Shown here piece after piece: positions 44,884-52,495 of a DNA stretch of 54,353 nt. Every line of letters begins with the position of its first letter. Position 1 is the first letter of the stretch. This DNA comes from an uncultured Candidatus Saccharibacteria bacterium (GTDB lineage: Bacteria; Patescibacteriota; Minisyncoccia; Phycocordibacterales; CAIZLB01), in contig CAZCNA010000002.1 of NCBI GenBank assembly GCA_964500215.1, positions 1-54,353 of the forward strand, read 5' to 3'. The position numbers and the translations under genes were made by a program. Under the pieces are notes generated by a model. The model was not told where the DNA came from. It ran no database searches and was given only the letters and a program-made list of their open reading frames with translations.

Positions 44884-47499
44884 ATGAGTACGAAATCAAA
44901 CAAAAAAGGAGAGGACAATATTGTGGTACGTGGCGCACGAACGCACAACCTCAAAAACATCAATGTCGAAATGCCCCGAAACAAATTGGTGGTTATTTCA
45001 GGGTTGTCTGGATCCGGTAAGTCTTCACTTGCTTTCGATACTATTTTCGCAGAAGGGCAGCGACGATATGTAGAATCATTGTCTGCATATGCGCGACAAT
45101 TCCTTCGACAGATGCAGAAGCCAGATGTGGATGAGATCACTGGTCTTTCGCCAGCTATTTCTATTGACCAAAAATCTCGATCAAATAATCCACGATCTAC
45201 AGTTGCCACAATTACAGAAATTTATGACTATCTCCGAATTTTGTATGCACGAGTAGGCAAGCCACATTGTCTCGAATGCGGTCGCGAAATCAAGAAACTC
45301 TCAAAAGAAGAAATTCTCGAAACTATTTTCAATACAGTTCAGTCTATGGATGCCACAAAGAGCGCTGCAAAGACAAAGAAGAAAGTTATGGGTGTAGAGG
45401 TAGATGGCGAAATGTTCAAGGTATACGCACCGCTCATTGTTGGTCGAAAAGGGGAATATTATCAGCTTCTCTATGATTTGCTCGGCAAAGGATACGAAGA
45501 AGTTCGTGTGGATGGTGAGGCCAAGAAACTCCGAGAACAGATTATTCTCTCAAAAACAAAGAAGCACGACATCGATGTATTAGTCGATCAGTTTTATATT
45601 TCTGAGATCAAGGAAAACACTCCCGACTTCAAAGAACGCCTCAACGAAGCCGTAGAACGAGCTCTCCAAGAAGCAGAAGGTCTCCTCCGAATTGTGACAA
45701 GCGATGGCGACAAGCTCATTTCTTCAAAATTCATGTGTCCATACGATGGATTCTCTTTCCCTGAAGTTGAGCCTCGATTGTTCTCATTCAACTCACCATA
45801 CGGTGCATGTCCAGAATGTAACGGTCTCGGTACACGGCATTTCTTCATCAGTGATCCATGTCCTGTGTGTAAGGGAAACCGACTTCGACCTGAGGCATTG
45901 CATGTGTTCCTCATAAAGGGCGACAAGAAAGTGAATATTGTTGATTTGACTGACATGACCATCAAAGAGTCACTCGACTTTTTCGGTAGTATTGATTTGA
46001 GTCCAAAAGAAAAAGAAATTTCTAAAGTAGTCATCAAGGAAATCACTGCTCGAATTGTCTTTATGAACAATGTTGGCCTCGATTATTTGTCCCTCAATCG
46101 AAAAGCAAACACACTCTCCGGTGGTGAAGCACAACGAATACGCCTCGCTTCACAGCTTGGTTCTGGTCTCGTGGGTGCGATGTATGTACTCGATGAACCA
46201 ACAATTGGTCTCCATCAGCGAGATAATGATCGATTGATTGAGACATTGCTCAAACTTCGTGACCTTGGCAACACCGTGGTGGTTGTAGAACACGACGAAG
46301 ATACTATCTATGCAGCTGATTATCTCATTGATATTGGCCCTGGAGCAGGTGTGCATGGTGGTCACGTTGTTGTGTCTGGATATCTCGATGAATTGCTCAC
46401 CGCAAAGACAAATAAGAGTGGTTCTGTAACCCTCGATTATCTCCGTGGTGACAAGAAGATTGAACTTCCTGAACGACGACGAGATGAAAACAAGGGTTCT
46501 ATCAAAATTACCGGAGGAAAAATCAACAACATTCAGAATTTCAATGTCGAGGTACCTCTCGGCCGACTCGTTTGTGTCACGGGTGTATCTGGATCTGGTA
46601 AATCTTCATTTGTATATGAGATTTTGCACAAGAACCTCCAAGCACGCCTCGATCGAGATCATCGAAGTGCAAAGATTTTCAACTGTACAAGCTTCACAGG
46701 TACGGAATACTTGGGTCGATCTATTTTGATTGATCAGTCACCGATTGGTCGAACACCACGATCAAACCCTGCAACATATACAGGCGCATTCACCCATATT
46801 CGTGACATGTTTGCCGAAACATCTGAAGCCCGTGCACGCGGATGGAAGGCAAATCGATTCTCATTTAACGTGAAAGGAGGACGATGTGAGAACTGCCAAG
46901 GAAACGGCATGATTGAAGTGGAAATGCACTTCCTTCCAACTGTGTATGTGACATGTGATGTATGTAATGGAAAGCGCTTCATGAAAGAAACACTCGAAGT
47001 AAAGTACAAGAAGAAGAATATTTATGACGTACTTCGAATGACTGTTGAAGAAGCCCTCACATTCTTTGAGGATGTTCCTGCAATATACGACCGACTCTAT
47101 ACGTTGAATGATGTGGGTCTCGGGTACCTTGAATTAGGTCAGTCAGCAACAACACTTTCTGGGGGAGAGGCCCAGCGTGTAAAGATTTCTGCTGAGTTGT
47201 ATCGATCACACCTCCAAAAGACCATCTATATTCTCGACGAACCAACTATTGGTCTTCATTATGAAGACGTAAAGAAGCTCATTGAGATTCTTCAGACATT
47301 GGTACGAAAGGGAAATACCGTTATTGTGATTGAACACAATATGGACGTGATTAAGTCTGCAGACTATATTATGGACATCGGTCCCGAAGGTGGTGATCAT
47401 GGTGGCCAGTTGATTGCAAAGGGAACTCCTGAAGAAGTTGCCAACAACGCAAAGAGCCACACTGGAAAGTATCTCAGAAAGGTCCTTAAGGGCCGATAA
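44884..47499 (+). CDS. uvrA: excinuclease ABC subunit A
   Basis: It has two ABC ATPase modules ([19 protein letters not shown]; LSGGEAQR twice) and zinc modules (CxxC at [25 protein letters not shown]). 871 aa. Confidence 0.9.
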   Translation: MSTKSNKKGEDNIVVRGARTHNLKNINVEMPRNKLVVISGLSGSGKSSLAFDTIFAEGQRRYVESLSAYARQFLRQMQKPDVDEITGLSPAISIDQKSRSNNPRSTVATITEIYDYLRILYARVGKPHCLECGREIKKLSKEEILETIFNTVQSMDATKSAAKTKKKVMGVEVDGEMFKVYAPLIVGRKGEYYQLLYDLLGKGYEEVRVDGEAKKLREQIILSKTKKHDIDVLVDQFYISEIKENTPDFKERLNEAVERALQEAEGLLRIVTSDGDKLISSKFMCPYDGFSFPEVEPRLFSFNSPYGACPECNGLGTRHFFISDPCPVCKGNRLRPEALHVFLIKGDKKVNIVDLTDMTIKESLDFFGSIDLSPKEKEISKVVIKEITARIVFMNNVGLDYLSLNRKANTLSGGEAQRIRLASQLGSGLVGAMYVLDEPTIGLHQRDNDRLIETLLKLRDLGNTVVVVEHDEDTIYAADYLIDIGPGAGVHGGHVVVSGYLDELLTAKTNKSGSVTLDYLRGDKKIELPERRRDENKGSIKITGGKINNIQNFNVEVPLGRLVCVTGVSGSGKSSFVYEILHKNLQARLDRDHRSAKIFNCTSFTGTEYLGRSILIDQSPIGRTPRSNPATYTGAFTHIRDMFAETSEARARGWKANRFSFNVKGGRCENCQGNGMIEVEMHFLPTVYVTCDVCNGKRFMKETLEVKYKKKNIYDVLRMTVEEALTFFEDVPAIYDRLYTLNDVGLGYLELGQSATTLSGGEAQRVKISAELYRSHLQKTIYILDEPTIGLHYEDVKKLIEILQTLVRKGNTVIVIEHNMDVIKSADYIMDIGPEGGDHGGQLIAKGTPEEVANNAKSHTGKYLRKVLKGR

Positions 47500-47529
47500 A
47501 GAAAATCTAAAGGTTATATAAAATGAAAA

Positions 47530-47567
47530 CCCCTCGCGTCCGGTTGGAACAGACGCGAGAGGTTTTG
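47530..47567. terminator. bidirectional terminator between uvrA and the 47597..48052 gene
   Basis: CCCTCGCGTC…GACGCGAGAGG hairpin flanked by an A-run and TTTT. Confidence 0.6.
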
Positions 47568-47596
47568 GTTGGTTGACGATTCGTCGATGTGCCGGA

Positions 47597-48052
47597 TCAG
47601 TTGAGCCCGAAGGTATCCAACTGTTCACGCTTGATCGCGGGAATATTGGGCTGAGGCATCAGCTGAGGTCCGATCACCGGACGAAGAGCTGCGAGTGCAC
47701 ATTCGTACATGTTAATGTAGTGCTGTGCGATGTTCTTGATCTTCGTCAGATTGAATCCGCGGTCATCACGCTGATTGTCGAGCCCGAATGCCTGTTCGAG
47801 GCGTGCGATGTCGAACTTCCGCATGCGGCTGAGCTCGGCATTGGACGTGAACGGCCGGAGCAGGGCAATTTTGCATTTGATGTCCTCAATGGCACCATCA
47901 ATTTTGGGAGTGTTCACGATGATGTGCGCACCCGGGTTGTTGTTGAGAATGTTTGTGAGCTCCCGTATCCACGAGAGGTCCACGTCATTCAGGTTCAGTA
48001 CCGGCGAGGCCGGCACACAACTTTGGCCAGATTGGCCAGATTGATTGCTCAT
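47597..48052 (-). CDS. hypothetical protein (higher-GC gene between uvrA and uvrC)
   Basis: 151-aa ORF whose ATG lies 11 nt after a minus-strand TATAAT. I recognise no family. Confidence 0.45.
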   Translation of the reverse strand: MSNQSGQSGQSCVPASPVLNLNDVDLSWIRELTNILNNNPGAHIIVNTPKIDGAIEDIKCKIALLRPFTSNAELSRMRKFDIARLEQAFGLDNQRDDRGFNLTKIKNIAQHYINMYECALAALRPVIGPQLMPQPNIPAIKREQLDTFGLN

Positions 48053-48063
48053 ATCTAAGGAGT

Positions 48064-48073
48064 ATTATATAAT
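48064..48073. promoter_or_regulatory. overlapping divergent -10 boxes in the palindrome ATTATATAAT
   Basis: The plus-strand TATAAT (48068-48073) is 7 nt before uvrC ATG 48081. The minus-strand TATAAT (48069-48064) is 11 nt before ATG 48052. Confidence 0.45.
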
Positions 48074-48080
48074 ACATATC

Positions 48081-49472
48081 ATGGACAGTCAATATCTTAC
48101 AACACATATATTGCCGGATGCGCCGGGAGTCTATTTTTTCAAGAAAAATAAGGATATTTTGTATATCGGTAAAGCGACAAGTCTTCGCGATCGTGTTCGT
48201 AGTTATTTCTCAAATGACCTCATCAAAACGCGTGGTAGATTGCTCGTCGACATGGTCACTCAGGCAACAAGCATTTCATATGAGCAAACAGATTCAGTCC
48301 TCGAGGCGTTCATCCTCGAATCAGAACTGATCAAAAAGCATCTTCCTCGATTTAATACAAAAGAAAAAGACAACAAGAGTTTCAACTACGTGGTGATGAC
48401 AGACGAGGCATTTCCTCGCGTGCTCGTTGTTCGTGGCCGAAACATCGAACAAGAAGCCATTGATTTTTCATACAAATATATATACGGTCCGTACCCGTTC
48501 GGCACAGAATTACGTGAGGCCATGAAGCTCATTCGACGTATTTTCCCGTATCGCGACAATACGTGTACGCCACTCCAAGGAAAGCCTTGTTTCAATCGGT
48601 CAATCGGTCTTTGTCCAGGTGTGTGTACAGGTGAAATTTCAGAAAAAGAATATAAAAAGCAGATCAAGCATTTGTGTATGTTTTTCGAAGGCAAAAAACA
48701 GCGCATCGTTTCTGCTCTCGAAAAGGACATGAAAGCATACGCAAAATCCCTCCAATTCGAAAAGGCTGGAGAAGTGAAACATACACTCCAGTCATTGACG
48801 CATATTCAGGACATTTCAATGATGAAGAAAGAAAAACGTCTTGCTGTCTACAGAAAAAATTCACAACAAATTCAGACAACGGAAGGTGGTGATGAGTTGC
48901 TCGTTGATGATACAGATAGTACTGAAATACCATTTCGAATGGAGGCGTATGATATCGCTCATATGTCTGGCAAAAACATGGTGGGTGTGATGGTTGCAAT
49001 GGCAGACGGAGAGTTCGACAAAAACTTTTATAGAAAATTCATAATTAATTCAGTTAATTCATCGAACGATACTGCGGCACTCCAAGAAGTGCTCAAACGT
49101 CGCTTCAATCATCCTGAATGGCCATTGCCAGATGTGATTGTCATAGATGGTGGGAAGGCTCAAATCAACGCTGCGCAAAAAGTAATCGATCAAGTACGCA
49201 AACAACAGGAAGAAGTGCAGCATGCCTCAGGCAGTAACGGGGATGGCGCAGGTCTTGCAGACATTGTTTGGCCAACTATCATTTCTGTTGTGAAAGACGA
49301 CCGACACAAGGCACGACAAATCCTCAACAAAGAACTCCTCACAAACCTCTCGAGCCAGATAGAGGACGACATCATCCGTTTGAACGCTGAAGCGCATCGT
49401 TTTGCTATCACCTTCCACAAGAAAAAAAGACAGGAAAATCAAGGCTTTTTGCCAAAAAAGAAGGCTCTCTAG
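48081..49472 (+). CDS. uvrC: excinuclease ABC subunit C, lacking the C-terminal (HhH)2 domain
   Basis: It has GIY-YIG (GVYFFKKNKDILYIGKATSLRDRVRSYF), a UVR motif (LQFEKAGEVKHTLQSL) and an endonuclease domain (EAYDIAHMSG…VIDGGKAQ). The protein ends about 25 aa after EAHRFAITFHKKKR, at 463 aa. Confidence 0.85.
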   Translation: MDSQYLTTHILPDAPGVYFFKKNKDILYIGKATSLRDRVRSYFSNDLIKTRGRLLVDMVTQATSISYEQTDSVLEAFILESELIKKHLPRFNTKEKDNKSFNYVVMTDEAFPRVLVVRGRNIEQEAIDFSYKYIYGPYPFGTELREAMKLIRRIFPYRDNTCTPLQGKPCFNRSIGLCPGVCTGEISEKEYKKQIKHLCMFFEGKKQRIVSALEKDMKAYAKSLQFEKAGEVKHTLQSLTHIQDISMMKKEKRLAVYRKNSQQIQTTEGGDELLVDDTDSTEIPFRMEAYDIAHMSGKNMVGVMVAMADGEFDKNFYRKFIINSVNSSNDTAALQEVLKRRFNHPEWPLPDVIVIDGGKAQINAAQKVIDQVRKQQEEVQHASGSNGDGAGLADIVWPTIISVVKDDRHKARQILNKELLTNLSSQIEDDIIRLNAEAHRFAITFHKKKRQENQGFLPKKKAL

Positions 49473-49482
49473 GGGCGTTTTC

Positions 49483-49513
49483 TTGACATTTTTAAAAAAC
49501 AAGCTACTATACT
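49483..49513 (+). promoter_or_regulatory. promoter of ncRNA candidate 1 (perfect TTGACA; TATACT at 19-nt spacing)
   Basis: TTGACA at 49483-49488 and TATACT at 49508-49513, starting 11 nt after the uvrC stop. Confidence 0.45.
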
Positions 49514-49519
49514 GAGTAG

Positions 49520-49827
49520 GTAGATCTTTTTGAGTGATTGAATTGTGGGGGTGAGCAATTGCGTGACACCTGAGCGCAGTATGCCACTATGATGTTTCTC
49601 GATTTTGGCCATTGGCAAAATGATATCAATGTCCGATAGCGGACATCCCAGTCGGGAGGCATCCGAGGAGTGCTGAGAAAGTAATTTCTCAACTGTTATG
49701 TTTGGCAGTGCACAGACTAGTAGCCGGGCGCTTTACCCCCACAACTCAATCAGTTTACAGTTTAGTTTCCTATCCAATTTCCATTGGTTGGGTGCGCGCT
49801 TTCTTTCGAGGAGGCGCGCATTTTTTT
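49520..49827 (+). ncRNA. structured ncRNA candidate 1 (~310 nt, class unknown)
   Basis: A 17-bp closing helix pairs 49536-49552 with 49735-49751 (16/17 paired). Internal hairpins are 49603-49620, 49629-49646 (7 bp, loop AUAG) and 49675-49690 (GAGAAA-GUAA-UUUCUC, GNRA loop). The terminator is TGCGCGC…GCGCGCA plus T7 at 49793-49827. No plausible ORF. Confidence 0.5.
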
Positions 49828-49938
49828 ATACAGATTTATTTTGCAACTCTGCACTGTGCTGTACAAAGCTCTTTGAATTCAGGTACATCATAGTATGTAA
49901 TTCACAGGTGCATTTCACTATTACTGCGCAGAATAGGA

Positions 49939-49944
49939 TATAAT
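49939..49944 (+). promoter_or_regulatory. -10 box TATAAT, 6 nt upstream of ddl ATG (leaderless geometry)
   Basis: TATAAT at 49939-49944 and ATG at 49951. Confidence 0.5.
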
Positions 49945-49950
49945 CTGAGT

Positions 49951-50988
49951 ATGTCACTTATCAAAGTTGGTATTCTCCGCGGTGGTCCTTCATCTGAATA
50001 TGATGTCTCATTGAAGACGGGAACTTACATCATGAATTTGCTTCGACATACAGATTTGTCGAGCACGTATGTTCCTGTAGATATTTTTATAGACAAGAAA
50101 GGCACATGGCATATTGATGGCATGCCTCTCACACCTGAAGCCGCTCTCCAACGAGTGGATATTATTTTCAATGCGCTTCATGGTGAATTTGGTGAAGACG
50201 GAAAGGTTCAAAATATTCTCAACTCATTCTCAATGCCGTTTACTGGTTCCAACGCTCTTACATCATCACTCGCCATGAACAAGTCTCTTTCCAAGGAGCA
50301 ATTCAAGGCACATGGCATAAAAACGCCGTATTATAAGGATCTTTTCGTGGACAAGACAGAGGACCTCGAGCCCCTTGCTCATGATTTGTTTCGTTCATTT
50401 CCGATGCCTGTTGTAGTGAAGCCTCGTGGAATGGGATCATCTATTGGTGTGACACACGCAACGAATTTCCAAGAACTCATCGAAGCCATCGATCATGCCC
50501 GACAGTTTTCAAATGATATTATTGTCGAAGAATTTATTACAGGAAAAGAAATTATTTCGGGTACCATCGAAGATTTTCGTGGGAGTGACATCTATCCGCT
50601 CATGCCAGTTGAAGTGAAGCATCACATCGATCATACAGGCCAACCAAAAGAAAATCGCCACAACGGAAAAAAGAATCACATTTTTGATTATGCATCAAAG
50701 CAATCAGGACAATATGATCATCATGTTCCAGCACAACTCACCGCCGAGGAAAAGCAACAAATCAGAGATATTCTCGAACGCGTGCATACTGGGCTCGGTG
50801 TTGATCATTATGCATCTGCTGATTTTATTGTTTCTCCAACGCGAGGTGTGTACTTGCTCGAAGTGAACACACAGCCAGGTCTCAGTGAACATGCGCCTTT
50901 TTTGAAATCGCTCGAAGCTGCGGGCGTTAAAGCAACAGATTTTTTGAAGCATCTTCTCGAATTGGCTGTTCGCCGAAAGCATGCATAG
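49951..50988 (+). CDS. ddl: D-alanine--D-alanine ligase
   Basis: It has VGILRGGPSSEYDVSL, ALHGEFGEDGKVQ, PVVVKPRGMGSSIGV and an ATP-grasp C-terminus (YLLEVNTQPGLSE). Confidence 0.85.
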   Translation: MSLIKVGILRGGPSSEYDVSLKTGTYIMNLLRHTDLSSTYVPVDIFIDKKGTWHIDGMPLTPEAALQRVDIIFNALHGEFGEDGKVQNILNSFSMPFTGSNALTSSLAMNKSLSKEQFKAHGIKTPYYKDLFVDKTEDLEPLAHDLFRSFPMPVVVKPRGMGSSIGVTHATNFQELIEAIDHARQFSNDIIVEEFITGKEIISGTIEDFRGSDIYPLMPVEVKHHIDHTGQPKENRHNGKKNHIFDYASKQSGQYDHHVPAQLTAEEKQQIRDILERVHTGLGVDHYASADFIVSPTRGVYLLEVNTQPGLSEHAPFLKSLEAAGVKATDFLKHLLELAVRRKHA

Positions 50989-51013
50989 CAATGCCTCATA
51001 TGCACGTGTAGTC

Positions 51014-51041
51014 TTGACATTAGTACCTGCCAGAGCATACT
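51014..51041 (+). promoter_or_regulatory. promoter of ncRNA candidate 2 (perfect TTGACA; CATACT at 16-nt spacing)
   Basis: TTGACA at 51014-51019 and CATACT at 51036-51041, beginning 26 nt after the ddl stop. Confidence 0.4.
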
Positions 51042-51047
51042 TATATA

Positions 51048-51231
51048 TGGATTTCGTCAATTGTGGGGGAGTTCCAGGATCAGCCCAATGTTAGGGGTAA
51101 TAGGGTATCTAACACTACGGTATAACTGGAGCTCCCCCCAAGGAGGAAGCAAGTACATTGGGTTCAACCCATCCTTGAGACAAATGTCTCACATTTTCAT
51201 TCGAAAGCCGGCATCCATGGGCCGGCTTTTT
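51048..51231 (+). ncRNA. structured ncRNA candidate 2 (~185 nt, riboswitch-like fold, class unknown)
   Basis: A 13-bp helix pairs 51065-51077 with 51126-51138 (one G-U). The inner hairpin pairs 51089-51094 with 51109-51114. A possible pseudoknot pairs CCCAAUG (51084-51090) with CAUUGGG (51156-51162). AAGGAGG (51140-51146) can pair with UCCUUG (51172-51177). The terminator is AGCCGGC…GCCGGCT plus T5 at 51206-51231. Confidence 0.45.
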
Positions 51232-51268
51232 CATTTATATATTTTTTGATAGTTTCTTAGGCGTTTCT

Positions 51269-51598
51269 TTAGAACATCTTGATACGAATTTCATGTAGTT
51301 TTTGAAGCGTATCTGGATCTGTAATTTTCTGAAATCGATCAATTGTCTTGCCGTCTTTTGTTATTGTGCCCACAAACATCTCGAGTGGACGAGATTGATA
51401 TGTCGCAGGTGGCATCCACGCACTGTCATAGAGTGGACGGTAGAGCACAGAGAGATGTTCATCTTCTGTATCTTTGGCAACACCAATAACCTCGTACGCA
51501 TATTGGTTGATAGGACCTGCAGGATCATGTTTGTTATGATAGTAGAATCCATTTTCTGGGATTTGAATTGTCGATGATGTGTGGTCAGCTGTGTTCAT
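51269..51598 (-). CDS. DUF1653 domain protein
   Basis: YAYEVIGVAKDTEDEHLSVLYRPLY…SRPLEMFVGTITKDGKTIDRFQKI matches my memory of the DUF1653 pattern. Start is at ATG 51598. Confidence 0.55.
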   Translation of the reverse strand: MNTADHTSSTIQIPENGFYYHNKHDPAGPINQYAYEVIGVAKDTEDEHLSVLYRPLYDSAWMPPATYQSRPLEMFVGTITKDGKTIDRFQKITDPDTLQKLHEIRIKMF

Positions 51599-51640
51599 AG
51601 TATAAGTATAATATATTTTTGCGCTCATATGTCAGACAAT

Positions 51641-51671
51641 AAAAAACCCCCGAGCCATGTGCTCGAGGGGG
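51641..51671 (-). terminator. intrinsic terminator of the 51715..52212 gene
   Basis: CCCCCTCGAGC / GCTCGGGGG hairpin (one bulge), followed on the minus strand by TTTTTTATT. Confidence 0.6.
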
Positions 51672-51714
51672 AGTTGAACGTATATCTCCGAAACCGTTTG
51701 ATGTTTTTGTATTG

Positions 51715-52212
51715 TCACGCTGCAGCTGTCGTCGTGGCCAGGGGAATTGAGGCAGACGACCGATCGGGCTGAAACGCTCCGCGCGAGTGATGGATCTCCC
51801 ACCCATCTTCCGCAAAGAGCCTATTGAATGCGCCGATGTAGTTATCAACTTCTGTATCGAAGTTATCACCGTGACAGATGGTGACGACGTGTGTTTCGGC
51901 TTTGCCTGTCCCTGTGACGGTGATATTGAGCCACAGGAGGGCCCTTTCATCTTCGTATGGCCGAATGCGAATGATGTGTAGCCGGCGGTCATCCAAAGGG
52001 GGAATGTTCTCTTTGACCTGCTCAATGATGATGACAGTGAACTTGTAGAGTTGGCCATGGAACTTCGCCTTGCGGGCTATCCAGTCGACGTACGTACGAG
52101 CCTGCGGAAGTACCTCGCGAATGGCGTGGGCACGAGCGTAGTGTCCCATGAGGAGGATAATGATCCAGATGAGTCCGATCATTCCGAGGATCATGAGTGC
52201 GATGTTTTTCAT
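51715..52212 (-). CDS. hypothetical N-terminally membrane-anchored protein (higher-GC gene)
   Basis: The TM helix is IALMILGMIGLIWIIILLM, followed by a about 130-aa domain. Its C-terminal segment (AFNRLFAEDGWEI) loosely resembles AIKSVFEQHGWMV of the next gene. Confidence 0.45.
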   Translation of the reverse strand: MKNIALMILGMIGLIWIIILLMGHYARAHAIREVLPQARTYVDWIARKAKFHGQLYKFTVIIIEQVKENIPPLDDRRLHIIRIRPYEDERALLWLNITVTGTGKAETHVVTICHGDNFDTEVDNYIGAFNRLFAEDGWEIHHSRGAFQPDRSSASIPLATTTAAA

Positions 52213-52260
52213 AACAGATTAGAAGGAGTTTGGCTTGTGTTCTGCAGCGCGAGTTTGTTG

Positions 52261-52320
52261 TGGCTGCATCTTTGAAGGTCCTTGTCTGCGTTCTGCAGAA
52301 GACACTCAAAGATGCAGCCA
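52261..52320. repeat. 15-bp perfect inverted repeat (TGGCTGCATCTTTGA / TCAAAGATGCAGCCA) with 30-nt spacer, upstream of the 51715..52212 gene
   Basis: Arms are at 52261-52275 and 52306-52320. The element also involves a GTTCTGCAG direct repeat, with one copy just upstream (52240) and one in the spacer (52289). No T-run follows on either strand. Confidence 0.6.
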
Positions 52321-52495
52321 TCAAATATGAAAGAAGCATGAAATTCCGTATCATGTTGACATATTTTGCTGGTTTGTCAAACATGCACAGGCGTGATGAA
52401 AATTACATACACTATATATAAAACAAAAATGAAAACCGCCCTCCGAACGGTTTTCGTTGGTGGCGGTGATGTTGTTGTGATAGTTGATTGGCTCG

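Noticed and set aside
49541-49551. The identical 11-mer AATTGTGGGGG occurs at the 5' side of both RNA candidates (also at 51059-51069). It might be taken as proof that they are one family.
   Set aside because: By my estimate, hundreds of 11-mer repeats are expected by chance in a 54-kb window. Beyond the 11-mer the two sequences do not align. I mention it only as a weak observation.
49547-49575. The 5' part of ncRNA candidate 1 (GGGGGUGAGCAAUUGCGUGAC) resembles tmRNA 5' ends (GGGGGUGA…UCGAC).
   Set aside because: There is no T-arm (GGUUCGA-type loop) and no G3:U70 acceptor pair. There is no CCA-proximal acceptor geometry at the 3' partner (49735-49751) and no plausible tag-peptide reading frame. 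The paired region extends 11 bp beyond a 7-bp acceptor stem.
51140-51249. The AAGGAGG in ncRNA candidate 2 might serve as the ribosome-binding site of listed ORF 51061-51249 or of a 21-aa peptide (ATG 51184).
   Set aside because: The listed ORF starts at a TTG inside the 13-bp helix. No ATG or GTG lies 5-10 nt after the SD; only an ATT does. The 21-aa frame runs through the terminator hairpin. Coding seems unlikely, though ribosome profiling could overturn this.
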